Source: Chiloscyllium plagiosum
Taxonomy: Eukaryota
Reading direction: 5' to 3'
Length of the DNA stretch: 64,000 bases
Assembly: GCF_004010195.1 (NCBI RefSeq)
Contig: NC_057711.1
Coordinates: 76,002,208-76,066,207 of the forward strand
Shown: positions 36,991-49,870 of the stretch, piece by piece
Numbering within the stretch: position 1 is the first letter of the stretch
How the letters are laid out: every line of letters begins with the position of its first letter
Position numbers and translations under genes: made by a program
Notes under the pieces: model-generated
Told to the model about the DNA's origin: nothing
Seen by the model: the letters and a program-made list of their open reading frames with translations, nothing else
Databases searched by the model: none

Positions 36991-38479
36991 GTATTGCAAT
37001 TACATTAATTTAAATAAATGCATGAATAGATAAGGTCACATGCATTATATCAAGAGCATTGTGATATTTGTTCTACTTGTCACTCAAACCCATTATGCTT
37101 AAAATGGCAATTTACATTTACCTAAGTATTACAACTCAAGAGTATCCAAAATTAATTCTCTGTTGGTGTCAGACACTGTTACCAGATTAAGCTTATGGTT
37201 TGTCTGTAAAGTTGGCTGACTTCTAACAAATACAACATACTTTCATTATTGTATTTTAGTAAAGAAGGAGTTAAAAAGAATTGAAGGTAATTGTTTGATG
37301 TAGTAAGAAATTATTTGGTCCCAGACAAAGGAAACCAAAGGAAAAATGCAACTTTACAATCACAATTCTTCATTTGAAATATTATTTTCCCTCTAACAAA
37401 ATGAAATCCTAGTACACTTTACAGGTGCACTGGGTAGTAATGGATAGGAAAGTCACAGAAGAAAAAAAGAAGAGAAAGGTTAAGAGTGAACAGACGTGTA
37501 ATAACAGAGAAGGTGTGGACAGTTTGATGAAAAGGTATGGCAAGAAGGTTAAATTATTGGGAATGTACAGAAAATTGGGACAGTATTGCTGACAAAATAG
37601 GTGACAAGAAGTCGATCTTTGCCAAAATAATGGAAGGTGTTTACAGGACAAATATTAAGGTCCGATCGTGAACATAGTGGAAGAAAGAACATTTGAGAAT
37701 GTCATCTGGAATATTAAAGCTCAGTCTCCTTGACATGAGGTGGTAGTCACAGAAAGAATTCAAACAATTATGAAAATGCACATACATAACCAGTTGTCAC
37801 TGTACATACTAATTACCAGCGAATTTTTTACTTTCTTAATTTTAACTACATTTTACATAGTAGTACTGACTTTACTTGAGAATTAGTCAGATCATTTGGT
37901 ATTATGATTTAACAGAGCTATTTCTGTGAATTGGTGATTAAAAAATGCAGTCTTCAGTATTTTTTCTGAAATGCTGATTAATTCATTGAATTGTGGTTTT
38001 GAATGCGTAGTTCAGCACAGATTTCTGTCAGACGGAATATTAGTATTTGGCAGCTAATGAAATGTATGTTTCTAATACAAGAAAGAACAATTTCAAAATA
38101 AATCTGTAAAGTCAAGGAAGAAAAATGAATAGGAACCAACAATTGAATTTAATTATTTTCAACTACATTGGTGTTCAAATCCAGCCAAGAAAATTATATT
38201 CTTTACCAAGGGCATGGTGTGGCAACATCTAGAACAAATTATTCCATTTTGGCTATCCCATTATGTAAAGGATGTTGAAACTATGCTGTATAAATTCATT
38301 GGGATATCTTGAGAGATGGGAAATTTATTATACTAAGCTATCATTCTGAAGCCATCGCTTTTGCATTTTCCATCTGCACTCAGTGATGGATAGGCAGCAA
38401 ATTAGATCTACTGGTGATGAAGGTACAATGGCATAGTACACTTTTGCAGAAAGCTAAAGAGAACAATCCGTGAGAGGCA

Positions 38480-39660
38480 GTTCTGCCACAAATGCCACAT
38501 AATGAAGTGATTATCGGATATCAAAGAGTGTTGTTATTTTATGGTGTTGTTTTGGTGCAACTGATCGCCAAGATGATGTAGAACAACCAACAGGTGATGT
38601 TGCCATTTTCTTCTTGCATCAGTTAGTGTCTGTTAAGTGTGAGAATGAATGTTTGGGGCCTTCTTGTTAAGCTTGCAAAAATTTTTAACGTGCAACTTTG
38701 GGTGAACTATTGGTCATCTGGTTCAGTTACCTTGTCATGCATATAAACCTGAGGTATGTGACCATCTTGCATCCTTTAAACATGCCTCAGCCAGTTAAAT
38801 CATGTCTGTTGATGATTACCAGCATACTTGTGAGTTTTGCTTTTGGGAGTACAGTCCCAGTTGTGATTTTGGCTTTTCCATGATTTGCCCAGAATGTGCT
38901 GCATTCGGGTTTTCTTTCTTCATAGTTGTAACTCGTCCATGATTTACAGACATACCAGAAAGTGCTGAGAACAGGGAACTTATAAGCAGCAAACTATGTT
39001 TTAACTGGCACCTATGAACAGGCACTTTCAATAAACTGACAAAAATTATACACCTCAAACACTGTAAGTTTACTTATTGTCACAATTTCTCTGATGTCTG
39101 AGTAGTCAGTTGAAAGTGAGAGAAAGCTCTTTGCTGGTAAGTTTTCTTTAAGACAAAGTTTAATTATTATTTAAGATGATTTATGTTGTAAATAAAGTAT
39201 AACAGTGATGTGTATACCTATTGCATTATTATGTTTTTATTACTTAGTGTGTGTTTTTACATTGATGATGTGGATTTTTTGACAAACTGGAATATTTGAG
39301 CAACTGGAGCACACCTGGTCCCACAGGTGCTGGTTAATAAAATGTTCTAAAGTTAACTTAATATTATTCCATGCACATTTCATATGTTGGCCAAATGTGG
39401 CAGCTTTCTCTATGCGTACATCAAGTTCTGCATCAAGGCAGGGATTGTCAGTCACTGGTGTTATGTAATATGATCAGGCTGGAGGAACAACACCTTGCCC
39501 TTTGACAATGGTTTTCTTGATGCTTATAATAAGGGAGAACAGGTTATATGAATGGAAGAGACAGTCATTGATTCTTTGTGAGAATCTGAGATTCTGTGTG
39601 AGTGAGTAGCAGAGCATAATCAGCCCAGAGGAGTTCTCTGATTCAGACATGCTGAAGTTT
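38480..39660 (-). mobile_element. Old RTE-clade LINE 3' fragment
   Basis: Minus strand TDNPCLDAELDVRIEKAATFG..WNNIKLT and HILGKSW...NWLRHV*RMQDGHIP, the RTE ORF C-terminal pattern. Confidence 0.7.
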
Positions 39661-39681
39661 TGTCTTTGTTTTCAGTTTGCA

Positions 39682-40042
39682 TTTTTTTATTTGCTCATGC
39701 AATGTGAGCATTTCTGGCTAGCCAGTACTTACTGCCCATCCCTCACTGCCCTTTAACTGAGTGGCTTGTTCCAATTCAGAGGACAGTTGGAAGCCAACCA
39801 CAATGCTGTGGACCTGGAGTCACATGTAGCCCTGACCAGGTGAGAATGGCCAGTTTCCTTCCCTGAATGAGCCAGATGCATTTTTCCAACAATTGGAAAT
39901 GGTTTCATGATAATCAGTAGGCTCCTTTTCCATAAGTTTTTCTTCTCCACCAAGGCAGGATTTGAATCCAGGCCCCCAGAACATTAGCTGAGTTTCTGGA
40001 TAAATAGTCTGGCGATAATACCATTAGATCATCGCCTTCCCT
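39682..40042 (-). mobile_element. tRNA-derived SINE with a LINE-derived 3' tail
   Basis: Minus 5' head gggaaggcgatgatctaatggtattatcgcc, B box ggattcaaatcc, and a tail shared with 10742-10915. Confidence 0.7.
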
Positions 40043-40362
40043 ATCTTATTCAGCTTTGGTAACTGACTGAGTATTCAAGTAAATTCCCTCAATACCTCCA
40101 GGAAAGACAAAGATCAGGGGCATTGAGAAGAAGATACTTAACAGAGTTGAAAGAAGGACTGTTTCACTCCATTCTTCACCCTGAACCTGTCAGATATGGT
40201 TCTGTCAAACTCTGCACTAAGTGGGTTAGTGATTGAAAGAATAGGGAAGACAGAAGAGCTTTGTAGGGCAGTCAATATCCCCTTAAATTTTGGAGAATTC
40301 TTCTCTGGTACTGTTTTGAATATCCTTTGGTCCTAGATTCCTCCATAAGGGGAAAAAAGTCT

Positions 40363-40965
40363 TTGTTTTGATTTGATTTGATTTATTACTGTCACATATA
40401 CTGAGATATAGTGTAAAGCATTGTTTTCTGTGCTATCCAGACGAATTATGCCTCACATAAGTGCGTCAGGTTAACAGAACAGAATGTAGAATATAGTGTT
40501 ACAGCTACAGAGAAGGTATAGAGAAACATCAATTCGAATATATGGGAGGTCCGTTCATAATTCTGATAACCGCAGGGAAGAAGGTGTTATTGACTCCATT
40601 GGTATGTGCTTTCAAACTTTTCTATCTTCTGCCAAAGGGAAGAGGATGAAAGAGAGTATAACTGGGGTGGAAGAGGTCATTGACTTTGTTGGTTGCTTCC
40701 TTGAGGCAGCAGGAAGTGTAGATGGAGTCAATGGAAGGAAGGCTAGTTTTCATGATGGACTGGGCTGCATTCACAACTCTCTGTAATTTCTTGCGGTCTT
40801 AGGCAGAGCCATTGCCATACCAAGCTGCAATGTATTCGAATAGGATGTTTTCTATGGTACATCTATGAAAATTGATCAGAATCTTTGTGGTCATGCTTAA
40901 TTTCCTTCGCCTTCTGAGGAAATAGAGGCATTTGTGTGCTTTCCTGACTGTAGTGTCGAAGTGGA
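40363..40965 (-). mobile_element. Rex1/Babar-type LINE 3' fragment
   Basis: (GATTT)n tail; the reverse complement is homologous to 11192-11668. Confidence 0.75.
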
Positions 40966-40979
40966 TCTACACTGTCAAG

Positions 40980-41655
40980 TCTTTTAAGAATCTTTAATGA
41001 TTCAATAACATCACCACTTCGGCTATATTTTAATGAGTAGACAACCTCTCTTCATAAGATAGTTCTTCCAATCCTGGTATCAGCCTCGTGTACCTTCTCT
41101 ACTCCAAAGCCAGTATATCGTTCCAAAGATAAGACACCCTAAACTGTTCACAGTATTCCAGCTCTGATCTGACTACTGCTTTATACAATTTTAGCAAAAT
41201 CTCACCACTTAGATACTCCACTCCATTTCAAATAAAAGCTAACATTTCATTTCTTTTCTCTATTTAAATAATATTTAGTTCCTCTGTTTCTCTGCCAGCA
41301 TGTTTAACCTCATAATTCTCTACATTATTTTCCATCTGTCAAGCTATTGCCACTCGTTTACCCTCTGCAGGTGGTTTGTGTCATTCTTACCACTTGCCCT
41401 TCCCCCACTATTTATCAGTCATCCACAAACTTGGATATAGTATATGCACTCTCCTTATCCGCATTATTAATACATAACATAAGTACTTGTGACATCCCCC
41501 CACCCCCAAGACAAATCCATGTTGCACACCACTGGTTACTGGTTGCCAGACTGAAAATGTCCCACTTATCCCAACTCTGTCTTCTATGAGTTAACCAATC
41601 CTCTATCCATGTTGAAAACTACCTCCAACACCATATGTTCTCATCTTACTAATGT
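40980..41655 (-). mobile_element. Old CR1 ORF2 fragment
   Basis: aactgttcacagtattccagct (LEYCEQF on minus) and ccaatcctctatccatg motifs. Confidence 0.65.
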
Positions 41656-41879
41656 GGGTCCAGAGTTGGTAAAGTGGTGATATGCTGCTGGCATTTTCTT
41701 TTCAGGCGGTCACTCAGCTGGTACAGTACATTCACTATGCTACTGCACAGGCTGAGGAGTAAGGCTGACAGTCCAGGAGCAGCAGCAGAAACTCACAGAA
41801 GATGAGAAGCACCTAATTTAGTGAGAGGTTGCTGCCGCAGGGACCCTCAGGATGAATAGGGGGTGGCCCAGAGTTTTCT

Positions 41880-43200
41880 GGTCCTGACTCAATTTCCGAA
41901 GGATGAGAGAAGCGCAGTGCTGATGCATGCTCTATATCTCCTGGGCCACGGTGGCAGATTTGTGCCGGATGTTGGAATGGGATCCGAAGGCTGCAGGGAG
42001 GGAATTCATCCTCTCCCAGTCACTGTGAACCTGTTGCTTTGAGCTTCTACGCTGCTGGCTTCTTCCAGGAAGCATTGGGTGACCTGTGCGGGCTCTCTCA
42101 GTCATGCACCAACAAATGCATCAGAACAGCGATTGATGCAATCTGAACAAGCTCATGGCAATTCATTTCATTCCCTGATGGTGAGGTCAGTGCGATAGCC
42201 TGGGCAGAAAGAGTCCGCAACATTGAGTCATAGAGTTACAGAGGTGTATAGCACGGAAACAGACCCTTCAGTCCAACTCGTCTATGCCAACCAGATATCC
42301 GAAATTAATCCAGTCCTATTTGCCAGCACTTGGCCCATATTCGTCTAGACACTTCCTATTCATATACCCAGACCACTCTGCCCTCATTAATCCTCTTTGT
42401 TACTTCTTCAAAAAACTCAATTGTGTTAGTGAGACATGATTTCCCACGCACAAAACCATGTTGACTATCCCTAATCAGTCCTTGCCTTTCCAAATATATA
42501 TAAATCCTGTCCATCAGGATTCCCTCCAACAACTTTCCCACCACCAATGTCAGGCTTACCGGTATATGGTTCCCTGGCTTTTCCTTACCACCTTTCTTAA
42601 ATAGTGGCACCACGTTAGTCATATCTCCTTTCCACAGGTATAGAGTACCATCAAATGCACACACCTGTAACACTGAGAAGGCCATATCACAGCACTGCAG
42701 AATTCAACAACAGGAAAGTGCTCCATTTGGTTTATGTCTCAAGTGACCTTTGATCATCATTACCACTTCCTGGAGGCGTGTACCTGTTATGCTGCTATGA
42801 CTCTGACATTTTGGAACACTCTTGTGTACCTAGTACTTGTGAGGGTTCAGATGCCATGCAATGCTGTTTACTGGAGTCTAGGGCTACTCACTGCAGCCAT
42901 GACTCACAATACATTTGTGCAACCACTTGGTTGATGTGGGATGCATGTTTAATGGTCTCACCCAGTGGAGCAGATGATGGGACAGTGCCAATCTTTGGAC
43001 CAGTCTGAAGGGTTCCCTGAGTATAGTCTTGGCAGCGTGTGCCATATCATCCTGGCGTGTTGTGTTGTGCACAAGTGGAGCAAACAATCAGATGATGTAA
43101 TGGATGCTGAGGAATGGAGCAATGAGAGCAGTCTTCATAGGAGGAGAGGGAAGGAAGAGGACAATTTGGGACAAGAGAGCTCTCCTTGTCCATGACAGAG
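41880..43200 (+). pseudogene. HARBI1-like DDE transposase pseudogene
   Basis: Read across frameshifts: HPLPVTV/VALSFYAAGFFQEALGDLCGLSQSCTNKCIR; FPQV*STIKCTH; FNNRK; QVTFDH; CYDSDIL; VEQMMG..SLDQSEG..YSLGSVCHIILACCVVH. Confidence 0.85.
42225..42625 (-). mobile_element. Internally deleted CR1 (3' UTR fused to RT segment)
   Basis: The 3' tail at 42225-42370 is joined directly to RT sequence (NVVPLFKKGGKEKPGN..SQHGFVRGKSCLTN). Confidence 0.85.
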
Positions 43201-43295
43201 CTCAGCTCATTAGTGCAAAAAGCTAGTCAGAGCCACAATGTCACTTGCTTTCAAAAGATGAGAGCTGTGTGCAGCAGACCATCTTGGACTGTAAA

Positions 43296-43513
43296 ATAAA
43301 AACCGAAAGAACTGCGAATGCTGTAAATCAGAAACAAAAACGGAAGTTGCTGGAAAAGCTCAGTGGGTCAGGCAGCGTCTGTACAGAGAAGTCAAATTAA
43401 CAATTTTGTTCTGGTGACCCATCCTCGGAACTGGATCTGAAATATTAACTTTGATTTCTTTTCACAAATGCTGCCAGACTTGCTGAGCTTTCCAGCAACT
43501 TCTGTTTTTGTTG
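43296..43513 (-). mobile_element. PLE-derived fold-back insertion, family 3
   Basis: TSD tggactgtaaa (43285-43295) / tggattgtaaa (43514-43524). Arms acaaaaacggaagttgctggaaa / tttccagcaacttctgtttttgt, with decayed HHR halves at the hinge. Confidence 0.8.
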
Positions 43514-44164
43514 TGGATTGTAAACTAATCTTTTGTTATAATGACAAAATATGGTTTCCGTTGTGGGTGATTTTCAGGCCCTGTTCACTTTGTTTGCAAT
43601 CCATTTATTTAGTCAATTGTTTGCTTGCATGTTATCTTCTCTTTTTCGTCAATGACAAACTGATTTTCCAGGAGGCATTGACTCCTGACGGTGCTGGTGG
43701 CGGGCAATGAAGGATCATCAGCACCTGAACAGTTTCTCAGTGATTTTTCAAAGGTGTCATGGGCACAAGGGGTGTTAGTCTATTGGTGGATATCTGCTGA
43801 ATGCCAAATTGTTGTGGAGCAACTTCATAGGGGAATAGTAGGTAACAAATGAGGTGAGTTAGGGAAGATACCGCAAAGTAATTCACTAAACCTCAAGGTG
43901 AATTACCCGCCATAAAACCTGACACACTTGGGTTTAGCCAAAAACAATTAAGATTCAGCAAATGTGTGTGAAAAGTTTTATCTTATCAAGATGGTGGGAA
44001 GATGAGAGATATCCACTGAGAGCATAAGGACAATGATTAAACAATGCTTTAATCACATGACAATCAAAATTTCTGACTTAAGGGTTTAAAAAAACAATAT
44101 GATCTGAATTCAGTATAATCTATGCCAAAAGACCCTAGCTAAGAATATATGTTCCTACCCCACA

Positions 44165-45719
44165 TGTAGGCAGAAACTCGAGTCGACCTTAATCTCTCAG
44201 AGAAATTGTCCTGGGGCTCTGCTTTTGCGCCTTGACTGGAGTGGAAGGGAAATCTGCTACTGCCAATGTAAAACTACCATCAGTCTGTCCCTCAAAACGA
44301 CCAGAGCTTTTGGGCATAAATGATTACAGGCCTGGATCACTTCAAGTCATGACCTCAGGGAAAGGCAAATATAATAAAGAAGTCTTGAAAATATAAAAGA
44401 TTTTTCTTACTTATCAAACTTAGTAAAACTTGTCACTTGCCTTTTCTTGGTCATTAAAATAATTCAGATGTTAAAATATTTTTTTAAAGCAAGTTGTCTT
44501 ATTAAAAGGGAATGCACACTTTGACTTTCCTTTCTTCCCTCTCCTTACTAATATTGCAAAATAGATACAGAGGCACTGGAAGGCTGCAGAGCAGATTTAA
44601 AAGGTGTGGGACTGGGCATAAATCCCCCTCATCTACAACACTGGACAAGTCCCCACACCTTTCTAACATCTAAAAACATGGACAATATCTTGAGCTCAGA
44701 CTGCAACAAACACACACAGAGCCAGAATGATTTCAGTCTGCGACTATTGTTCAGCCTGAAATTCCAATTTACACCTCCGCTCTAAGAGAACAATCAACCA
44801 AACCTAACTCTCTAGACTGAAACTAACCTTTACATGTCGGGCCACACTGTACAGACTGTATGGAACCTCAGAGATACTGGACATTTAACCTCAATCAAAA
44901 TCCATTCACACATACTCGAGCCATTGGGAAACCAATTGACTTCAGAAAGAAACACCAGAAACACAGTGGACAACACAGATTTGAGAGGAGATAATGGAGC
45001 ACACATAACTGCCAGCCTTGAGTTTACCTGAGAGAGAGCTTTTTTCACAACAAGCTTCTGCAGAAACAGCTTCCCCACAGATCTCCAGCCCCAAAAAGCA
45101 GCTTTTGAACCAGGAACTACAAAGGCTGAAGAGAGAAGCTCAATCAGGAAGCTGAACCATGAGTATGATTGCAACAAAGGACATTGAGAGGGAGAGAAAC
45201 CAATCAAGCACTATCTGAACAAGAGCTTCCAGGCACAGGCCTGTTCCGAACCAAGAGAACTGACAGCAAGAACCTCAGCAACTGGATGCATTTTAAAACT
45301 GTGTTTCCCTCAGTGGTGAGCTGAAACACCCAAGGCCCCATATTCGACCTAGCTAGCAAAGAGGGAAAGGCAGCTGGCGGCAGTGTGTGGGACCCCAAGG
45401 GTAGGAAGTCTGATGAAAGTTACTGTGCTTAAAACTGCTGTTTAGGTTCCAATAGTGATTAATTTAATCTGTGTTTAATTGAATAGTATTCATTACTATC
45501 CTCTGTATAATTTCACTGTTTATTGCATTTGCCTTCATTTCTTGTATTATACTTACCTTTTATATTTAAATAAATGCAAAGATTCTTTTGCCCTGAAGCA
45601 CCTGTCTACTGCCTTCTTTTTAACATTCCCTAAATAAGTTGTGTCTAGAACCAGGGATCTGGGGATGATTTGAACCACCTAAAATCAGTGAATTGCTGTA
45701 TGCAAACCAAAACTCTACA
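44165..45719 (+). mobile_element. Probable solo LTR (about 1.55 kb)
   Basis: TGTAG...CTACA termini and AATAAA at 45569-45574. The 3' 330 bp are homologous to 171-495. No TSD found and the 5' boundary is uncertain. Confidence 0.5.
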
Positions 45720-45729
45720 AAGGATGATG

Positions 45730-46135
45730 CCAAGAATGTGCATGTTTAAATTCCAGGCAAAGGATGAGACTGAGTCTCTTTTCATGTGAAACTAGAAGCC
45801 AGAGCAGTGACCTAATAGAGGTTTTTAAAGTTACGAACTATTTTGATGGAATGGACACAGACAGAATGTTTGCTCCAATGGGGAAGTGGAAATCATTAAT
45901 ATAAGCTAACCGCCAAAAAGTCCAATTGGGTATTAGGAGAAATTTATTTCCCAAAGAGTGGTGAGATTGTTGAACTTTCTACCACAGGGAATATGTCAGG
46001 TACGTTTCATGGGAAAGTAATGAGACAGTTATGATGACGGATTTAGATGGGAAAAATGGGTAGATAGCTACATGCAGCATAAATAGCAGCATGGACAGGT
46101 TGGCTCAAATAACTTGCTTCTCTGCTTTATGTCCT
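45730..46135 (+). mobile_element. Old CR1 3' fragment
   Basis: gtgacctaatagaggtttttaaagtt (DLIEVFK) and gaaatttatttcccaaagagtggtgag. Confidence 0.6.
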
Positions 46136-48631
46136 GCATAAAGAGGTGGTTTGAGACACTTGGTAAAGAATCTATACTTTGATATATTACAAAATGCTAC
46201 AAAGTGGTAGAGTGTTTTCCAGTATTCCAAACTCTTGATCTTGCACTGGAGATCATGCTACAGAAAAAAATGGAGAGAATGGTAGCCATTTTGAGATAAA
46301 ATTGAGACTTAATGAATAACCAAGAGCTGACAGATCATCTTCAAATATAGTAACCTCCTTTTGAACTGTCTGGTAGAAGATAATGTCTTGAATTTTGCCG
46401 TGGCAATGACACCATTTGCCATCCTTGTTCTGTTCACTGCACTGAATGGATGGCAATACGAGGCAGAATATTACATAAACACAAAGTTACTGTTCATGTT
46501 CACATGCCCCTCCATATAGTGATCTGTAGAGTTTCTCAAAAACTGCAATCACTATTTCAATCATATTTTGACAAAACCTTCAACTCAAACATTATTAGTT
46601 TGGGTGTAAAACCATTGAAAATGTAGCATCAAATTGGATAAGTTGTAACTGAAATTTTAAAGCATACTAATTTCTGAATTACTGCAAACAATCCTCACTG
46701 ACTGTGAAAAGTCAATTTTATATTTGTGGATTTTCAAATTTCTCCATAATAATTAAACGATTCAACATTCAATTTTTTTTTCATTTTTGTTTATCTTTAT
46801 TTTAGCTTCTGCCTTAATTCAGTCTTAATTTATTTCACAATTTGAAAATGTAAGTTGAAATTAGAGGATATTAAGTGCTTGTTTGTTCTGTGAACACATC
46901 AATGTGATTAATTCCTTGGCTGCTTTCTGATATCACTGTGTCGCTTGCCAAGATATCCTCTTGACCTGGCTCCAGAATTAAATTGCCTTGAAGAAAGGGA
47001 AAACCACATCACAGGGACTGCTGATCTTTGTTGACATTTTTCTTTGAGGTAAGGGAAGAGCACCCTTGCTTCACCGCTAACTGCAAAAGTCAGGCCAACA
47101 CAATTCACGTAGTGAACATTCATGGCATTAATAAAATTTTGTGTTTCTCCCTTACATGACTTTTTGGTTACAAAGGTTATGGATGCAAAGGTGCTTTCTT
47201 ACAACATATGTGTAAGGATTCATGCAGAATTCATTAAGTTAAAATAAACCCCTGACTTTGTATTGAAATTCTGTCCATAAGCACATTTGCCTTCCATTTA
47301 TTTTAATATAGTTGCTTGTCATATTTACTGACTCACTAAAGGGGGTGGTCAGATTCCAGTAATTCACATTTCATTCCAATCCATTTATTTCATACTCATT
47401 CTTCTTCCAACATTTTGTTGGCTAACTTCACAGGAGTTGAAAGAGTCTCAGACTAATGGTTTCACCTTTACATTTTTGAGTTAAATCCAGCTTGAGAGTC
47501 TAGTTTATGCCAGCTGTCACTGAGAGTGGGATGAGGGAATCTGGCATGATCATATTGTAGTAAATAAACTAAATTGAAGGCAGCTGCCTCCGCATTTTTA
47601 GTTACATTTTCCATTCAATTCTCCCTGATCTTTTTCTCTCTCATTAAACCTCACTAATGGCACCTGTCAACACTGGCCTATTGGTTTTTAAAGTTTAATT
47701 TTTATTTGCGGTCCTACAAATTTAGATAATTTTAAATCTGTAAAGTTAAGAATGTTCAAACTTTCACTCCTCTTTAAAACTTCCTTGGCCGCCGTGGGCC
47801 AGTAACGCTTTTTGTCTGAAGGCTGGAGAGTTAGAATACATAGACATCCTTCTTCTAGACACCAGGAATGAATTACCAACTTTCCCTGCGGTCTGCATGA
47901 TGATCAAACTGCTGTAATCCATCTCTGTGCAAGTGGAACTAGATACCCATTGCTCAACCACAGGGAATAGGATTATGTATACCTACCAAAAAGCTGCTAA
48001 AGAATTGCATGTATATTCACAACTAAGGAACTGGAAAAATTCCCGACACTAAATTATCGAGTTGGATCGAGACCATTAGTAGATTGACAGAGGTTTCCAC
48101 TAGCTCTTTATGAATAGACACACAAATTTAATGTTTTAAGAAACACAAGTTGTACCTTTTTTTTATACATGTACTAATAACAAAAATGATACAGTGTGAA
48201 CAATCTAAAATTCACAGCAGGTAAAACTGAGCCACAGGAGAATTCCAAAACAGGCATGGGTGGGTAGGTCACTCATTGCAGACCCTGCCTGACTTCCCCT
48301 TTCTTTAGATTTTCCGAATATGAGCACTCATTTTAAAATCTGTCAATGTTGAATTTTACCTCTATATTGCCCATACTATATTTGAGACCATCTCAAATGT
48401 TGCAACTAAATTCAAGAGTCATTTTTTCCCCCCATTTCAACTTCAGGAACATCAGTTTATTTTAGTCAAGGATTATGTTACAGTAACCTTCAGTGACATT
48501 TCTGTGGCTGGTTGCTAGGAGGCTGTTCTCATTTTTACTCTGATCACATTTATCAACGCTTTTATGTTCTTACTTTCAAATACCTGTCCATTTTTATTCG
48601 AAACAAATTTAAAATATTTGCCTCAATTCAA

Positions 48632-48845
48632 ATCAGCTATGGCTCAGCTGATAACAATCTGGCCTCTGAATCACAATATTCTGGCTTGAAGTCCCACTTG
48701 AGAAATTCATTGTGAAACTTGAAGTGACACTTCAGAGCAACACCAAGGGAATACTGGACTACCATTATTACCATGTCAAATTGAGGTTCCAGATACTTTC
48801 TTGGGCATCAATCAAAGAATAGCAGGGTAGTTAACTGTGGGCTTG
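48632..48845 (+). mobile_element. Ancient Deu-domain SINE (SacSINE1-like), degraded
   Basis: Head tcagctatggctcagctg..cctctgaatcac..aagtcccact, then tgacacttcag..agggaatactg. Confidence 0.5.
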
Positions 48846-48854
48846 GATTTTAAT

Positions 48855-49045
48855 TAGAGATGCTGGAATCCAAAGTAAACAAAAGATGCAAAAACCTGCT
48901 GGCACACCACTCCCCTCAGCTCCATCCAGGACAGCGCAAGAAGTCCTTCCAAGTGAGACAGTGGTTCATCCGCCTCTCCTCCAACCTAGTTTACAGTATC
49001 TGGTGCTCCGATGTGGTCTTCAATGACACCAAATGTAAACTAAGG
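48855..49045 (+). mobile_element. Older PLE endonuclease fragment
   Basis: KKSFQVRQWFIRLSSNLVYSIWCS. Confidence 0.6.
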
Positions 49046-49046
49046 G

Positions 49047-49870
49047 CACGTTACGTTCCGCCACCTACAAACAGACCCCACCACTGGGGACATATTTCCC
49101 TCCCCACCCCTATCTGCATTCCGGAGAGACCATTCCCTCCATGACTCCCTTGTCAGATCCACGCCCTCCACCTCACCTCCGTTCAAGGTCGCAAAGGATC
49201 CTTCCACATCCAACAGATATTTACCTGTACCTCCACCAATGTCATCTTCTGTATCTGTTGCACCCAATGTGGTCTCCCCTACATCGGGGAGACAGGACTC
49301 CTCCTTGCGGATCGTTTCAAAGAATATCTCTGGGACACCCGCACCAATCAACCCTCTCACCCTGTGGCTGAACACTTCAACTCCCTCTCCCACTCTGTCA
49401 AGAACATGCAGGTCTTGGGCCTCCTCCATCGCCAAACCCTTACCACTTGACATCTGGAGGAAGATGCCCCATATTCCACCTTGGGACCCTGCAAACACAG
49501 AGAATCAGTGGATTTCAACAGTTTCCTCATTTCCCCTCCCTGCACATTATTCCAGTCCCAAGCCGCCAACTTGACACTGCCCTCCTAACCTGTCCATCAC
49601 CTTTCCAATCTATCCGCTCCACCTTCCTCTCCGACCTATCACCTCCCCCCTCACCTTAATCCACCTATTGTATTCTCAGCTATCTTCCCCCTAGTCCCAC
49701 CTCCTCCCATTTATTTCTGAGCACCCCGGTCCACAAGCCTCATTCCTGATGAAGGGCTAATGCCTAAAACATCAATTCCCCTACTCCTCGGATACTGCCT
49801 GACTTGCTGTGCTTTTCCAGTATCACACTCTCGACTCTGATCTCTGGCATCTGCAGTCCTCACTTTCTAC
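49047..49870 (+). mobile_element. 5'-truncated Penelope-like retroelement: GIY-YIG endonuclease remnant, 3' UTR, HHR motif and tail
   Basis: About 49175-49500 reads SFHIQQIFTCTSTNVIFCICCTQCGLPYIGETGLLLADRFKEYL..PVAEHFNS..H. A decayed HHR lies at 49742-49777 and a family 1 tail runs to 49870. Confidence 0.9.

Larger units (their letters stand above)
41655..43960 (+). mobile_element. Decayed PIF/Harbinger element with nested CR1 and PLE insertions
   Basis: Contains a HARBI1-like transposase; right end taagattcagc. Confidence 0.7.

Noticed and set aside
41880..43200. Domesticated HARBI1 gene
   Set aside because: Multiple stops, frameshifts, altered catalytic motifs and a CR1 insertion mark it as a transposon fossil.
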